Counted from the stretch's first letter, positions 26,747 to 36,253 are shown. The stretch: 64,000 nt of DNA from Candidatus Lloydbacteria bacterium RIFCSPHIGHO2_02_FULL_50_18 (GCA_001821395.1 MHLM01000004.1:32001-96000); one strand, 5' to 3'. Notes: generated by a model from the letters alone, not told the origin. Made by a program: numbers and translations.

Positions 26747-26800
26747 TAGAGCATCTCACTCGTAACGAGAAGGTCCGCAGTTCGATCCTGCGAGGCGGCT
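26747..26800 (+). repeat. direct duplicate of the 3' 54 nt of tRNA-Thr(CGU), an attR-like scar
   Basis: AGAGCATCTCACTCGTAACGAGAAGGTCCGCAGTTCGATCCTGCGAGGCGGCTCT is identical to 26557-26609 except the terminal CT versus CCA. It is preceded by ACGATCTCGAAT, the same module end seen at 25356. Confidence 0.8.
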
Positions 26801-26923
26801 CTAGAAAAAGAACGTAGTATTTTTTTGTCCGCCTCAAGAAAATAACTGCTTGTTTTCTGGCAGGATCGAATAGCGAAGCTAAAAAGCCGCGCATATGCGC
26901 GGCTTTGTGTACTCACTCATTTC

Positions 26924-27403
26924 TCATGAAAGTTTTCCGGAGAAGAATAAGCGTCGAAGGATGCAGGGAATGAGGAGTATATTCCCCAGCAGAAAGAGTA
27001 GCGACCCCATCCATCGGCAAATGTCTCCGATGCTGACGAGATTGACTCCTCCCTCGAAAGGGTAGTCGAGCCATTTGCCCCACCACCTGATCGCGATACC
27101 TGGCGCGCCTTCCGGTATGTACTTCTCCCAATCGGGGAAATCGACCCGAATATGATCTGCGAGAAAGAGCAGCTTTCCGTCGGAAACGAATTTGCGCGGA
27201 GTCCCGTAGTTGGTCATGATAAATCCGGGTGTTTCAGAAATGACCGGCATAACTCCGTCGTTCACTTCGACCACAACTCCGTTCATGACGATCCCCCATG
27301 CATTCAATGCCAGGCCGGTCACAACAAGAAGGGCGAGCATGGTATCAACGAGACCCCACATCGTACGATCTCTCGTCAAAGAGAGTGTGTTTTTCAATCC
27401 CAC
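26924..27403 (-). CDS. hypothetical membrane protein
   Basis: 159-aa ORF with N- and C-terminal hydrophobic segments; no catalytic motifs recognised. Confidence 0.35.
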   Translation of the reverse strand: MGLKNTLSLTRDRTMWGLVDTMLALLVVTGLALNAWGIVMNGVVVEVNDGVMPVISETPGFIMTNYGTPRKFVSDGKLLFLADHIRVDFPDWEKYIPEGAPGIAIRWWGKWLDYPFEGGVNLVSIGDICRWMGSLLFLLGNILLIPCILRRLFFSGKLS

Positions 27404-27581
27404 TGAAGTCTCCTGTGTAATTTATCTAGTGTAATTATATCTCAATTTATTCAATTTGTCAATAATACCGTAATACTTCGTAAGACTCGTATGGTCTTTC
27501 GGACGTCGGAAAACGTTGGAGATGAGTCATGATGGGCTTGTTGTTCTTTACATTTTGTTTCTCACGTGTTACTCATAGTTT

Positions 27582-28274
27582 ATGTCGAAACACCAACAAT
27601 TCTGGGATAGAGAGTATAAGACATCTGAATACTTAATGCTTTCCGATGAACCGGCTGAAGATCTGGAGAAGTTTTGCCGTTTCCTTGAACGTAATCACGG
27701 GAAGAAATATTTGAACGTCACCACACGCGTGCTCGATCTCGGGTGCGGTAACGGCCGCAACCTCATTTATCTTGTGCAGAATTACGGAATGCGAGGAGTA
27801 GGGTACGACATTTCCGGCGAGGGGATCAAAATAGCGAAACGCGCGTCAGCGGAGCTTCCGATCGTTTATACTGCGCGGACGATCGAAGGAACGATTGATA
27901 TGCCCGATCATTCGGTGGATATCGTCCTCGATATGATGACTTCGCACTTCCTTCGGGAGAAGGAGCGTGAAGCATTGCGTAATGAGATACTGCGGGTGTT
28001 GAAACCCGGCGGATGGCTCTTTTTTAAATCTTTTCTTGCCGAAGAGGACATGCATGTGAAGCGTCTGCTGAAGGAAAATCCCGCTGATGAAAAAGACTCC
28101 TATATCCACCCGGAACTTGGTCTTTATGAACACGTGTGGACAGGAGAGTCGCTCCATGAGTTTTTTTCGGCTGATTTTATGATTGAGAAGATCGAACGTT
28201 CATTCAAGCATATTCGTGACGGGAAGCCATGGAAGAGACGTACAGTATCGGTATATCTACGAAAGCCATTTTAG
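27582..28274 (+). CDS. class I SAM-dependent methyltransferase
   Basis: Motif I VLDLGCGNGRN and post-I acidic residue; followed by a strong terminator at 28264-28295. Confidence 0.7.
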   Translation: MSKHQQFWDREYKTSEYLMLSDEPAEDLEKFCRFLERNHGKKYLNVTTRVLDLGCGNGRNLIYLVQNYGMRGVGYDISGEGIKIAKRASAELPIVYTARTIEGTIDMPDHSVDIVLDMMTSHFLREKEREALRNEILRVLKPGGWLFFKSFLAEEDMHVKRLLKENPADEKDSYIHPELGLYEHVWTGESLHEFFSADFMIEKIERSFKHIRDGKPWKRRTVSVYLRKPF

Positions 28275-28394
28275 AAAAAAGACCCCAAGCGGGTCTTTTT
28301 TGACACCAAAAAGATTCTCTTGCAAAACGGTGGCACTTCGTTAGGATGATGTCAGATTGTTGTTTTACAGATTCTTCATTATGGGAGGTATGAC

Positions 28395-31013
28395 ATGTGG
28401 CCATTTAAACCTCGTAAGGAAACGCCTGAGGAAAAAAAAGAGAGCGGAGACCGGCGCGAATCGGACTTGTTCAAACGGCTCTTTCTCGCGACGTGGAACT
28501 TCATCGTTGGTATCGTGTGTTTTTTCGGACGATTGGTGAGACGATTTCTCGTCACTGTTGGTGTTATGGTGCTCCTCATCGGAGGGTGCTACTTCTTTGC
28601 CGAAGACATCATTCGCGGAATAGACAATTGGAAACCGCAATTCTTCGATGCACACATCGGAAGTGATCGGGTAGCAGTCTCGCGATTGCATGACCCCGGA
28701 TACTTTGCCGAGCAAACGGACTTTGTGTCTGAGGACCAACGGTCGGTTGCGTGTATCTCATCGCCGGAGCGCCGCGTGCTCATCACTGATCCCGCTGCTA
28801 TCCCGCCGTTATTCAAAGATGCGATCATCGCATCCGAGGACAAACGTTTTTATGAACACGAAGGTGTTGATAAGGAGGGCGTGATACGAGCAACGATCAA
28901 GCGATATTTCTTGCACACGAGTTCATCGGGTGCGTCGACGCTGACTATGCAGATGGCCAAAGACCTTCGCCACGGTGCCGGTCGCGCGTCTACTCCAAAA
29001 GAGAAGGTGGGCGATATCATCATGGCGTTGCGCATCGAGCAAGAGTTTTCCAAAGGGCAGCTGCTCGAAAAATATACGAACACCCCATACTTGGGGCGCG
29101 GGGCGTACGGGATCGAGGCCGCAAGCCGTGTGTATTTCGGTAGACCGGCGAAAGACCTCAAGCTGCACCAGGTTGCGTTCATTGTCTCATTGATCAACAA
29201 GCCGGGACTTCCGGACCGTTCGTTCGCGAACGATCGTTCGGCGAAGACTCGTGAGCAGGTCCGTGCCGCGAATTGGCAAGAGGTGAAGCATGGAACGCGT
29301 CGTGTGCTTGAGCTTATGTCCGATGAAGAAAAGATCACTGCCGATGACTATACACGTGCGGCGGATGCTATCGACAATAGTTTACGCGCGGAAGTATTAC
29401 CGCGCGGAACGAACTGTGGTACGAATGGCTACTTTGCCGAATACGTGCGTCAAGACTTGATCAAGCGTGGTTTTCGCGTCGATAAGGGTGGCTTCACCGT
29501 GCCGATCACTCGTGATGACGGTATTCAGGATGCGCTTGAAAAAGCCGTGAACATGACGACGAACACGTATCTTGCCCGACATGTTGGCGATCCGGATAAC
29601 GGAGAGTTGCGTGCCGGTGCGGTGGCGATCGAGTTTACCGGGGACGTGCTTGGTGAGGTTGGGAATATCGACTTCAGAAAATTCAAGTATGACGTGATGG
29701 CGCAAGGTTTTCGTTCGCCCGGTTCGACATTCAAGCCGTTCGTATACGCTGGGCTGATCGAACGATTGGTGGAAGAAGCGCTTGCTGCAGATCATCCACC
29801 TGAAACACTTGATGACATCGTCGCGGAGGTGACAAGAAAATGTGTTGTGCTTGATGCCCCGATCGCTGTAGGGATGGGGCGTGGTCGTGCACCAAAATGG
29901 ATCCAAAATTTTCACTCGAACAGTGAACCTTTGTATCGAGGACAGATCTCTTGCTCCCTTGCGATTGCAGAATCGCGGAATGCCGCAGCAATGCGAGCCG
30001 GACAGCAGGCGGGCATAAAGAATGTACTGAGTCTCCTGTACGATCGTTTGGGGATGCCGAGAGATCCGAACCATGTGTGTCTTCCATACCCAACGACCGC
30101 AATCGGTGCTTGTGACATGAATCCGCTCAGAATGTCCGTTGCTGCCGCGCTTGCAAATGGCGGATTTAAAGTTACGCCGCGATTCATGAACGATGTTTGC
30201 AAGGGTGGAAAGTCGTTGCTCTATAAAGATGACAATGGCGGACAGCGGGATTGTGATACGAAAGGTGATCATCGTGAGCCCTTGGAGCGCGTTATTCATC
30301 CTGCGGTCGCAGCAACGACCATTGAGATGCTGAGAGGCCCTCTTGACCAGCCAACGGGCACTGTGCACAGCTTGCGTACCGGTATTATTCCGGGGCTTGA
30401 TCCGCTCAGTCCTGAGACATGGAAGATAAAGCCCGCCGACAAAAAGAAACGGCAACTCGTATTTTCCATTGAAGAAGCGGGAGAGATCGCCGGGAAGACT
30501 GGTACTGCGACGAATGCAGACGGACGCACCTCCGATGTATGGCTCCTCTTGTTCATTCCCGGTCCGACTGCACAGCCGGAAAAAGGGATCATGCTCATCT
30601 TCTGGATGGGCAAGGACTCGAAGGATCATCCGCTCGGTGAGCGCGGGTCTACCGGAGGCAAAGGGTTTGCCGAAACAGGTGGGCGCAATTGGACCCATTC
30701 AGCAGCAACAGTGCTCGCATTCCTGCAAAAAGAGCGCGGATACCTCCAGCCCGGATTCAAGTTCCAGCCCATGATGAAGGATGAAGTGCTCTTGGGTTTT
30801 GAAGCCAAGAGATACACTGAGCCACAGCAGGAGGTCTATCCAGAGCCCGATGGGACCCCCGTTGATGGTTCGGTGGTCATTGATCCATCGGATCCGGCAA
30901 CACCCCCGGAGCTTCTTAAGGAACTTCCGGAAGAAGAGCTATCGGAACTTCCCTCCTCTACGGCCTCTGCGCCGATAGATGGAGAGCAGCCACCGGCTAT
31001 GCTGAAGGATTGA
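28395..31013 (+). CDS. bifunctional class A penicillin-binding protein (PBP1A-type glycosyltransferase + transpeptidase)
   Basis: GT51 motifs EDKRFYEHEGVD and RYFGRPAKDL; transpeptidase STFKP and KTGT(A); N-terminal TM; Pro/Glu-rich C-terminal tail. Confidence 0.9.
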   Translation: MWPFKPRKETPEEKKESGDRRESDLFKRLFLATWNFIVGIVCFFGRLVRRFLVTVGVMVLLIGGCYFFAEDIIRGIDNWKPQFFDAHIGSDRVAVSRLHDPGYFAEQTDFVSEDQRSVACISSPERRVLITDPAAIPPLFKDAIIASEDKRFYEHEGVDKEGVIRATIKRYFLHTSSSGASTLTMQMAKDLRHGAGRASTPKEKVGDIIMALRIEQEFSKGQLLEKYTNTPYLGRGAYGIEAASRVYFGRPAKDLKLHQVAFIVSLINKPGLPDRSFANDRSAKTREQVRAANWQEVKHGTRRVLELMSDEEKITADDYTRAADAIDNSLRAEVLPRGTNCGTNGYFAEYVRQDLIKRGFRVDKGGFTVPITRDDGIQDALEKAVNMTTNTYLARHVGDPDNGELRAGAVAIEFTGDVLGEVGNIDFRKFKYDVMAQGFRSPGSTFKPFVYAGLIERLVEEALAADHPPETLDDIVAEVTRKCVVLDAPIAVGMGRGRAPKWIQNFHSNSEPLYRGQISCSLAIAESRNAAAMRAGQQAGIKNVLSLLYDRLGMPRDPNHVCLPYPTTAIGACDMNPLRMSVAAALANGGFKVTPRFMNDVCKGGKSLLYKDDNGGQRDCDTKGDHREPLERVIHPAVAATTIEMLRGPLDQPTGTVHSLRTGIIPGLDPLSPETWKIKPADKKKRQLVFSIEEAGEIAGKTGTATNADGRTSDVWLLLFIPGPTAQPEKGIMLIFWMGKDSKDHPLGERGSTGGKGFAETGGRNWTHSAATVLAFLQKERGYLQPGFKFQPMMKDEVLLGFEAKRYTEPQQEVYPEPDGTPVDGSVVIDPSDPATPPELLKELPEEELSELPSSTASAPIDGEQPPAMLKD

Positions 31014-31199
31014 GCAATAGCGTATCTTTGTTTGACCCACTCCGAGTATGAATATACTCGGAGTTTTTTTGTATTTACCATTATGAAAAGTATATCGGTC
31101 GATATATATTACATAATTGTTTTCATGGGTATGGGGCAGGTTGCTTTTTTGTGTATGAACGTTAGTGTGGAGAGAGAATCGTTTTTTGAAAAGGCATTC

Positions 31200-32582
31200 A
31201 TGCAAAAGATCATTTTACGGATCATTGCGGTACTGATGTGCAGTGCCCCGCTTCATGCACTCTGTGCGAATGAAGCTGTGGAGCCACTGTCTCGTGCCGA
31301 ATACATCCTCGCAAAGATCAAAGAAGGTGATGCAGTCTGTGCGAACGCCCCGCTTACTCCAGCGGTCGAAGTTGATGTCGAAAAGGGAGTTAAAAATAGT
31401 GCGCCTACGAGCCGCATTACTGAGCGCCCAGTCGTACTTTGTGCATATAGTGAGCAAATGAAGACTTGGCAGGTCATAGAATTGCGCATGCAATATCCTG
31501 TGCCGAAGGATTACGTTACGTGTGTGAAAAACGCACCGACCATCGATCTCCGCAAGGATTGCGTTTTGCCTTACCGGGTGGTGACTCCCGGCTACCGCGT
31601 CCTCCACCTTCGTGGGTATGGAATCACGCGGATGATTTTCGATGTGTATGCGGACAATGCGTCGAGTGAGAAACTCACCGTATATCGCACGCGGCACCTG
31701 TGGCTCGATGATGTTGCGCTTGCATCGGGTGATGTCGAGCGCATTATCGCCACGGCTGGTGCAAAAAATTACACGCCGTATCATCCTGATCTCGGCGATC
31801 CCGAATTGGTAGACATTGGTACGCAATTCTTGTATGAGACGATAGCGGCGGTGAGACAAGAGCTGGGTAGTGACGTGTCGGACCCACTAACGGTCCGCTC
31901 ACGGGCGTTCCCCGATCGTGCGCTTGCGGACGTCGTTCCTTGGGAGACACCCTTGGCGCTTGCGGTCATCGAGCAGATGGACGACAAAACATTTCTCGAA
32001 GACAAAAAGCTTGCGACGGAAGCAGTACTCATTGAGTACGCACTTAATCACGAAAGAGCTTTTCGCTACAGCCAGTCGGGAGCGAATGCTATTGGACCCC
32101 TGCAGTTCACGGACGGTGGCGGCAACGGAACTTATAGCGCGATGGTAAGGGGGTATCCCGGTGCGAATATTCACCCTCAATTTCAAGAGGGTGCACGTGA
32201 CCTGCATAATGTCCTGAAGGCAGCGATTGCCTTGATCGATCATGAGGTCATGCAATTTCCTCAAATTCAGGGATTGTTTCAGGAAAACCCAAGGCTCGGG
32301 GGAGCGTTTCCTGTCGCTGCATACAATGGTGGTCCCGCTTCAGCGAAGGCACTTTATGCATGGTTCAAGAGGCGCGGTATCAGCGTCCTTCATGAGGAGG
32401 TAGCACTTCCGTCGTCGCTTGCGATGAAGCGTACCCAAAAGTGCCCGTGCAAAAAAGTAATCGTAAAGGGAAAAAAGAAGCGCACCGTCGAGCATATCGT
32501 GGTCAACGTGCGAAACTCGGAGACACCGGGGTACGTGATGAAGTATTTTTATCTATTGAACTATCTCGCCGATAGGGAGTGA
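31200..32582 (+). CDS. hypothetical secreted protein
   Basis: Signal-peptide-like MQKIILRIIAVLMCSAPLHALCANEA. The ORF is open from 31032, which probably lies upstream of the true start. Followed by a terminator at 32590-32615. Confidence 0.45.
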   Translation: MQKIILRIIAVLMCSAPLHALCANEAVEPLSRAEYILAKIKEGDAVCANAPLTPAVEVDVEKGVKNSAPTSRITERPVVLCAYSEQMKTWQVIELRMQYPVPKDYVTCVKNAPTIDLRKDCVLPYRVVTPGYRVLHLRGYGITRMIFDVYADNASSEKLTVYRTRHLWLDDVALASGDVERIIATAGAKNYTPYHPDLGDPELVDIGTQFLYETIAAVRQELGSDVSDPLTVRSRAFPDRALADVVPWETPLALAVIEQMDDKTFLEDKKLATEAVLIEYALNHERAFRYSQSGANAIGPLQFTDGGGNGTYSAMVRGYPGANIHPQFQEGARDLHNVLKAAIALIDHEVMQFPQIQGLFQENPRLGGAFPVAAYNGGPASAKALYAWFKRRGISVLHEEVALPSSLAMKRTQKCPCKKVIVKGKKKRTVEHIVVNVRNSETPGYVMKYFYLLNYLADRE

Positions 32583-32619
32583 GCATAACAAAACCCGCAA
32601 GGAAACTTGCGGGTTATTT

Positions 32620-33297
32620 TCATATAGGAAACAGCTCGGGTCTGTCGGTGAAGATGCGTTCCGCTCCCCAATCGTGAACGCGTCGCGCGACGGAAAGGTC
32701 ATTCACGGTAAAGACAAAGACGTGCAGACCGAGTTTCCGGGCTTGCTTCATGAAGAGGGAGCCGTACTGCATATCCATGTCGGCATTCATCCATTCAACG
32801 TGGAGATTGTCGATCCCATTCCGGGCGAGCATCGTGATATATCGCGGAAGCGGGATAGCATCCATGATCGCCGCGACGCATATCTCCGGAAAATGTTTTT
32901 TGATAAGGACTGCAGTCGGATGGTGAAATGTCGAGAGCATGAACTGTTCCGGCCTCCATCCGTCGTATTCAATGTACCAGCGTACTAGCTCAAGCACTTG
33001 TTTCCAGATGATCGGATCCTTTATCTCGATATTCACGTCGCATCGTGCGTTCACGGCATCGAGCACGTCAACGATCGTTGGAGTCTCCCCGCAAGAGGCG
33101 GCATCATGAGCGATGATGGGGAAATGCGCTTTTCCGAGGGGGTTCCGTCGCGCATCGAACTCGACCATGGTCGCCTTCTCGTCGATCGCACTGCGAAATG
33201 CTTGGAGCGAATTTTCAGAAACAATGACGGAATTGTCATCCCGTGTGACGTTTCCATGACGCCCACGATGATAGATCAGGTTGTCGTGCAGGAACAT
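32620..33297 (-). CDS. glycerophosphodiester phosphodiesterase family protein
   Basis: HRGRHG...ENSLQAF...VEFDARR, IIAHD, NIEIK, FTVND and GAERIFTD motifs of the GDPD family. Confidence 0.75.
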   Translation of the reverse strand: MFLHDNLIYHRGRHGNVTRDDNSVIVSENSLQAFRSAIDEKATMVEFDARRNPLGKAHFPIIAHDAASCGETPTIVDVLDAVNARCDVNIEIKDPIIWKQVLELVRWYIEYDGWRPEQFMLSTFHHPTAVLIKKHFPEICVAAIMDAIPLPRYITMLARNGIDNLHVEWMNADMDMQYGSLFMKQARKLGLHVFVFTVNDLSVARRVHDWGAERIFTDRPELFPI

Positions 33298-33353
33298 GCG
33301 TCGCTCCTTTTTCTTGTCTGTGCCTATTCAACCCGTGTTTGCGTATTGAGTCA

Positions 33354-34280
33354 ATGAGCGCGGAATTCCTCCGCTTTGCTATACTGTTTATTATGATCGA
33401 ACAAGAAGAACCGAATGCCAAGCGCATTAAAGAATTGGAGGACGCCATGCAAGCGGCTGATTTTTGGGTGAATAAAGAGAAGGCGCAGGCGGAGATCCGT
33501 GAGTTGCAGGAATTGAAGAATGTTGCCGAGGGAGGAGGAAGATATGACAAGGCCAATGCAATCATCACCATCTTCTCCGGTGCCGGAGGAGATGACTCTG
33601 AAGATTTCTCCGCTATGCTTGTGCGGATGTATTTCAAGTATTGTGAGCGGAGAGGGTGGGGCTATGAGGTCCTGCATGAGAACGAGAACGATCATGGCGG
33701 GTATCGCAATATCACCTTTGAGGTGAGGGGGAGCGCCTCATACGGAGAGCTGAAGAACGAGTCCGGCGTGCATCGTCTTGTGCGTATCTCACCGTTCAAC
33801 GCGAATGCGAAGCGTCACACGTCGTTCTCGATGGTTGAGGTGATCCCGAAATTCAAGAAAGGGGAGATCGAGGCACTTCCTGAGGGCGAAGTGCGTTTTG
33901 AATATTCGCGCTCGGGCGGTGCGGGTGGACAGAATGTGAACAAGCGCGAGACCGCGGTGCGCGCGATACATGAGCCGACGGGGCTTGCTGTGCACTGTTC
34001 GACGGGGCGTTCCCAGTTACATAATCGTGAAATGGCTCTTGAATTGCTGACGGCAAAAGTATTTCACTTACGTGAGTCACTCACCAATGCGGAAAAGGAG
34101 AAGATGTATGTCTCGAAAACGACAAAAGTCGAATGGGGAAATCAGATACGTTCGTACGTCCTCCATCCGTACAAAATGGTGAAGGATCATCGTACCGATG
34201 TGGAGACGTCAAAGGTCGACGCCGTCCTCGAAGACGGTGAGATCGACGAGTTCATCAAAGCAGAGAGGGATCTCAAGTAA
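33354..34280 (+). CDS. prfB: peptide chain release factor 2, in one continuous frame
   Basis: GGQ motif RSGGAGGQNVNK, SPF tripeptide (RISPFNANAK) and the RF2-type domain order. The ORF is open from 33339 (TTG); ATG candidates lie at 33354 and 33393. Domain 1 is about 50 aa shorter than in E. coli RF2. Confidence 0.85.
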   Translation: MSAEFLRFAILFIMIEQEEPNAKRIKELEDAMQAADFWVNKEKAQAEIRELQELKNVAEGGGRYDKANAIITIFSGAGGDDSEDFSAMLVRMYFKYCERRGWGYEVLHENENDHGGYRNITFEVRGSASYGELKNESGVHRLVRISPFNANAKRHTSFSMVEVIPKFKKGEIEALPEGEVRFEYSRSGGAGGQNVNKRETAVRAIHEPTGLAVHCSTGRSQLHNREMALELLTAKVFHLRESLTNAEKEKMYVSKTTKVEWGNQIRSYVLHPYKMVKDHRTDVETSKVDAVLEDGEIDEFIKAERDLK

Positions 34281-34282
34281 AA

Positions 34283-34375
34283 GGTGTTAAACCCCGGGGC
34301 AAGCCCTGGACTCGCAATCTGCTCGCAAAGCCTCGCGCGAGTCCGCGGCAGAGCCGCGGGGTATTAAACCTTTTT
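34283..34375 (+). other. highly structured ~95-nt element (nested stem-loops) immediately after the prfB stop
   Basis: Outer arms AAGGTGTTAAACCCCGGGG and CCGCGGGGTATTAAACCTT are near-complementary; inner arms GGACTCGC and GCGAGTCC. Confidence 0.4.
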
Positions 34376-34394
34376 AGCTCTCCTCGGCACCACG

Positions 34395-34449
34395 GAGAGT
34401 ACTTCCATTTTTCTAAGTGGATGACCACTAAGAAAAATTGGTCGCTCGG
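34395..34449 (-). repeat. hairpin repeat family M2, copy 2
   Basis: GAGAGTACTTCCATTTTTCTAAGTGG-atga-CCACTAAGAAAAATTGGTCGCTCGG. Confidence 0.6.
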
Positions 34450-34638
34450 AAATGAAAAAGAAGATTTTTTCATTTCGCTCGCTCTACGTCGGCAATAAAA
34501 AAGCGCTATCGTCTCTTCCGTTGTTTGAGTTATTTTGTCTACCTAGGAACTTTTTCGTGAGTGTTCTTCTTCGGCAAATTCATTTATCGGTGAAGCAGGA
34601 TCCGGGACTCCTAGAAACTCGAATGGCATTACTGTATA

Positions 34639-35325
34639 ATGTCGCTAATGATCTATTTCGATAATGTGACGAAACTATACTCTGACCACGCCGCGGTGTC
34701 GGACGTTACCTTTGGCATTGAGTCGGGGGAATTCCTCTCGATTGTAGGGCATTCGGGTGCCGGGAAAACGTCGCTGTTGCGCCTTCTTTTGGTAGAAGAT
34801 AGGCCGACGTCAGGTGCCGTTTTTTTTGAAAAAACCGATATCCATCGTATCAAGGCCGCTCATGTGCCGGAATATCGCAGACGCATCGGTACTGTTTTTC
34901 AGGATTTTCGGCTGTTTCCCAATAAGACTGCGTATGAGAATATTGCGTTCGCACTTGAGGCTGCCGGACGTACCGATGAGGAGATCCGCTCCGATGTTCC
35001 GCAGGTGCTCGAGCTTGTCGATCTTGCGTCAAAAGCGCTGCATTTTCCGCACGAGCTCTCCGGAGGGGAGAAGCAACGTGTCGCCATCGCGCGTGCTATC
35101 ATTTCGCAACCCGATGTACTGATCGCCGACGAGCCGACGGGAAATCTCGACCCGGTGAATACCTACGACATCATTCAGATATTGAAGAAGATCAATGACA
35201 TGGGAACAACGATCATTTTGACGACGCACAACAAGGGGATCATCGACGCGCTGAAGAAGCGGGTGGTGACGATGGAGAATGGGAAGGTTATACGTGACGA
35301 TGCTCACGGCAAATATATTCTCTAA
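34639..35325 (+). CDS. ftsE: cell division ATP-binding protein FtsE
   Basis: Walker A GHSGAGKTS, ABC signature LSGGEKQRVAIARA, Walker B VLIADEPTGNLD; 228 aa. Confidence 0.85.
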   Translation: MSLMIYFDNVTKLYSDHAAVSDVTFGIESGEFLSIVGHSGAGKTSLLRLLLVEDRPTSGAVFFEKTDIHRIKAAHVPEYRRRIGTVFQDFRLFPNKTAYENIAFALEAAGRTDEEIRSDVPQVLELVDLASKALHFPHELSGGEKQRVAIARAIISQPDVLIADEPTGNLDPVNTYDIIQILKKINDMGTTIILTTHNKGIIDALKKRVVTMENGKVIRDDAHGKYIL

Positions 35326-35326
35326 T

Positions 35327-35440
35327 ATTTTCGCGCCTCACTTTGTTGTAAGGCAGCGCACTTATGCCCCAGCGACTCGGTCAACATATATGAATATGTC
35401 TTCCTTGTCGCTTTCCCCGCGCCTCGTGATGCATCGAAAA
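35327..35440. repeat. intergenic repeat A, copy 2
   Basis: About 93% identical to 10772-10875; begins 2 nt after the ftsE stop. Confidence 0.8.
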
Positions 35441-35549
35441 TATTCGAGAATATTTCCTGCATGGCTTCGCTCTTTATCCAAAATCTTAAAGAATGATACA
35501 TAGAACTTCAACCAACACTGACACTAGAGGACGCGTTGCGCCTCGTGAT

Positions 35550-35600
35550 GTGACCAATTTTTCTCAGCGGTACTCCGCTTTAGAAAAATGAAATGCCCTC
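35550..35600 (+). repeat. hairpin repeat family M2, copy 3
   Basis: GTGACCAATTTTTCTCAGCGG-tact-CCGCTTTAGAAAAATGAAATGCC. It is directly preceded by GCGCCTCGTGATG, a member of the GCCTCGT motif family. Confidence 0.6.
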
Positions 35601-35694
35601 TGTGGTACATCAAAAATATTTCGGCCGGCATATTGACATAATCAGTTATTTTCATAGGATGAGTATTGGAAGAGTTTGAAAAGGAGAATTGACC

Positions 35695-35895
35695 ATGAAA
35701 CTGAAGCAGGGTTCGGTAAGGCGTGCATGCGCTCTTTTTGCGACTTTTTGTGCCGCAGTGGCAATGACCGGACTTATCATTTGGGGTTTAGACTTGCTGG
35801 TGGTGAAGGCCGTCGAGATCGCTCCGACATTCATTCCGGTCGAGCTCTATCCTCCGCATCATGCTTGTGTTGACATCATTCCTCTATGCCCTTAG
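35695..35895 (+). CDS. small predicted membrane/secreted protein (66 aa)
   Basis: Strong SD AAGGAG 8 nt upstream of the ATG; N-terminal basic residues then a hydrophobic stretch ALFATFCAAVAMTGLIIWGLDLLVV. Confidence 0.3.
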   Translation: MKLKQGSVRRACALFATFCAAVAMTGLIIWGLDLLVVKAVEIAPTFIPVELYPPHHACVDIIPLCP

Positions 35896-36178
35896 ACTCG
35901 TTAAAGGAACTGTTCTCGGACCGAACCAGAAGGGGAGGATAATCCTCGACAGGGTAAACCGACAGAGGGAAACGAAAAGATCTCAAGCGGCATGCTCGCG
36001 TGGATGCACGCGTAATGCCAAGGGCTTAGCCGTAACGGGGCGCGCCAGCACCTGACATCCCGTAGGGGACGAGGGTTTGAGAGATCAGCCATAAAACGGG
36101 TGCCTTATCATCCGTGGCAAATCGCCGGAGAATAGTTCTGCCATTTCAAACGTCGCATACTCGTGCGGCGTTTTTTCT
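35896..36178 (+). other. ~280-nt hairpin-rich non-coding stretch ending in a terminator-like hairpin; candidate structured RNA or long 3' UTR
   Basis: Multiple short GC hairpins (CGCGTG-gat-GCACGCG, CCG-taa-CGG, CCC-gta-GGG) and a terminal CGTCGCAtactcgTGCGGCG + T6 at about 36152-36178. Confidence 0.25.
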
Positions 36179-36253
36179 TTTCCGAGGACCACCCAAACAT
36201 GGTGAATTTCTTTATTTCGGGATTCTCGTGATTCGGTCGCCATGCATGAGTGA

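Noticed and set aside
26924-27403. Signal peptidase / LexA-like S24-S26 peptidase call for the 159-aa membrane protein
   Set aside because: NDGVMPVI superficially resembles GDSMxPT(I/L), but the catalytic Ser is absent and no Lys/His partner motif is present. Left as hypothetical.
29397-30698. 433-aa ORF on the minus strand
   Set aside because: Entirely antisense to the PBP1A gene, which has strong family motifs. No motifs of its own; typical shadow ORF in GC-balanced coding DNA.
33300-33400. Programmed +1 frameshift site in prfB
   Set aside because: Looked for CTT TGA C near codon 26 in all frames upstream of the GGQ-containing frame; none was found. The gene is read in one frame (reported as a finding rather than a frameshift feature).
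35896-36253. Possible RNase P, SRP or tmRNA gene in the ftsE-ftsX gap
   Set aside because: None of the conserved motifs were found: RNase P P4 AGGAAAGUCCGGGC, SRP GGAA/AGCAGCC domain IV, or the tmRNA tRNA-like ends with CCA. Kept only as an unclassified structured region.
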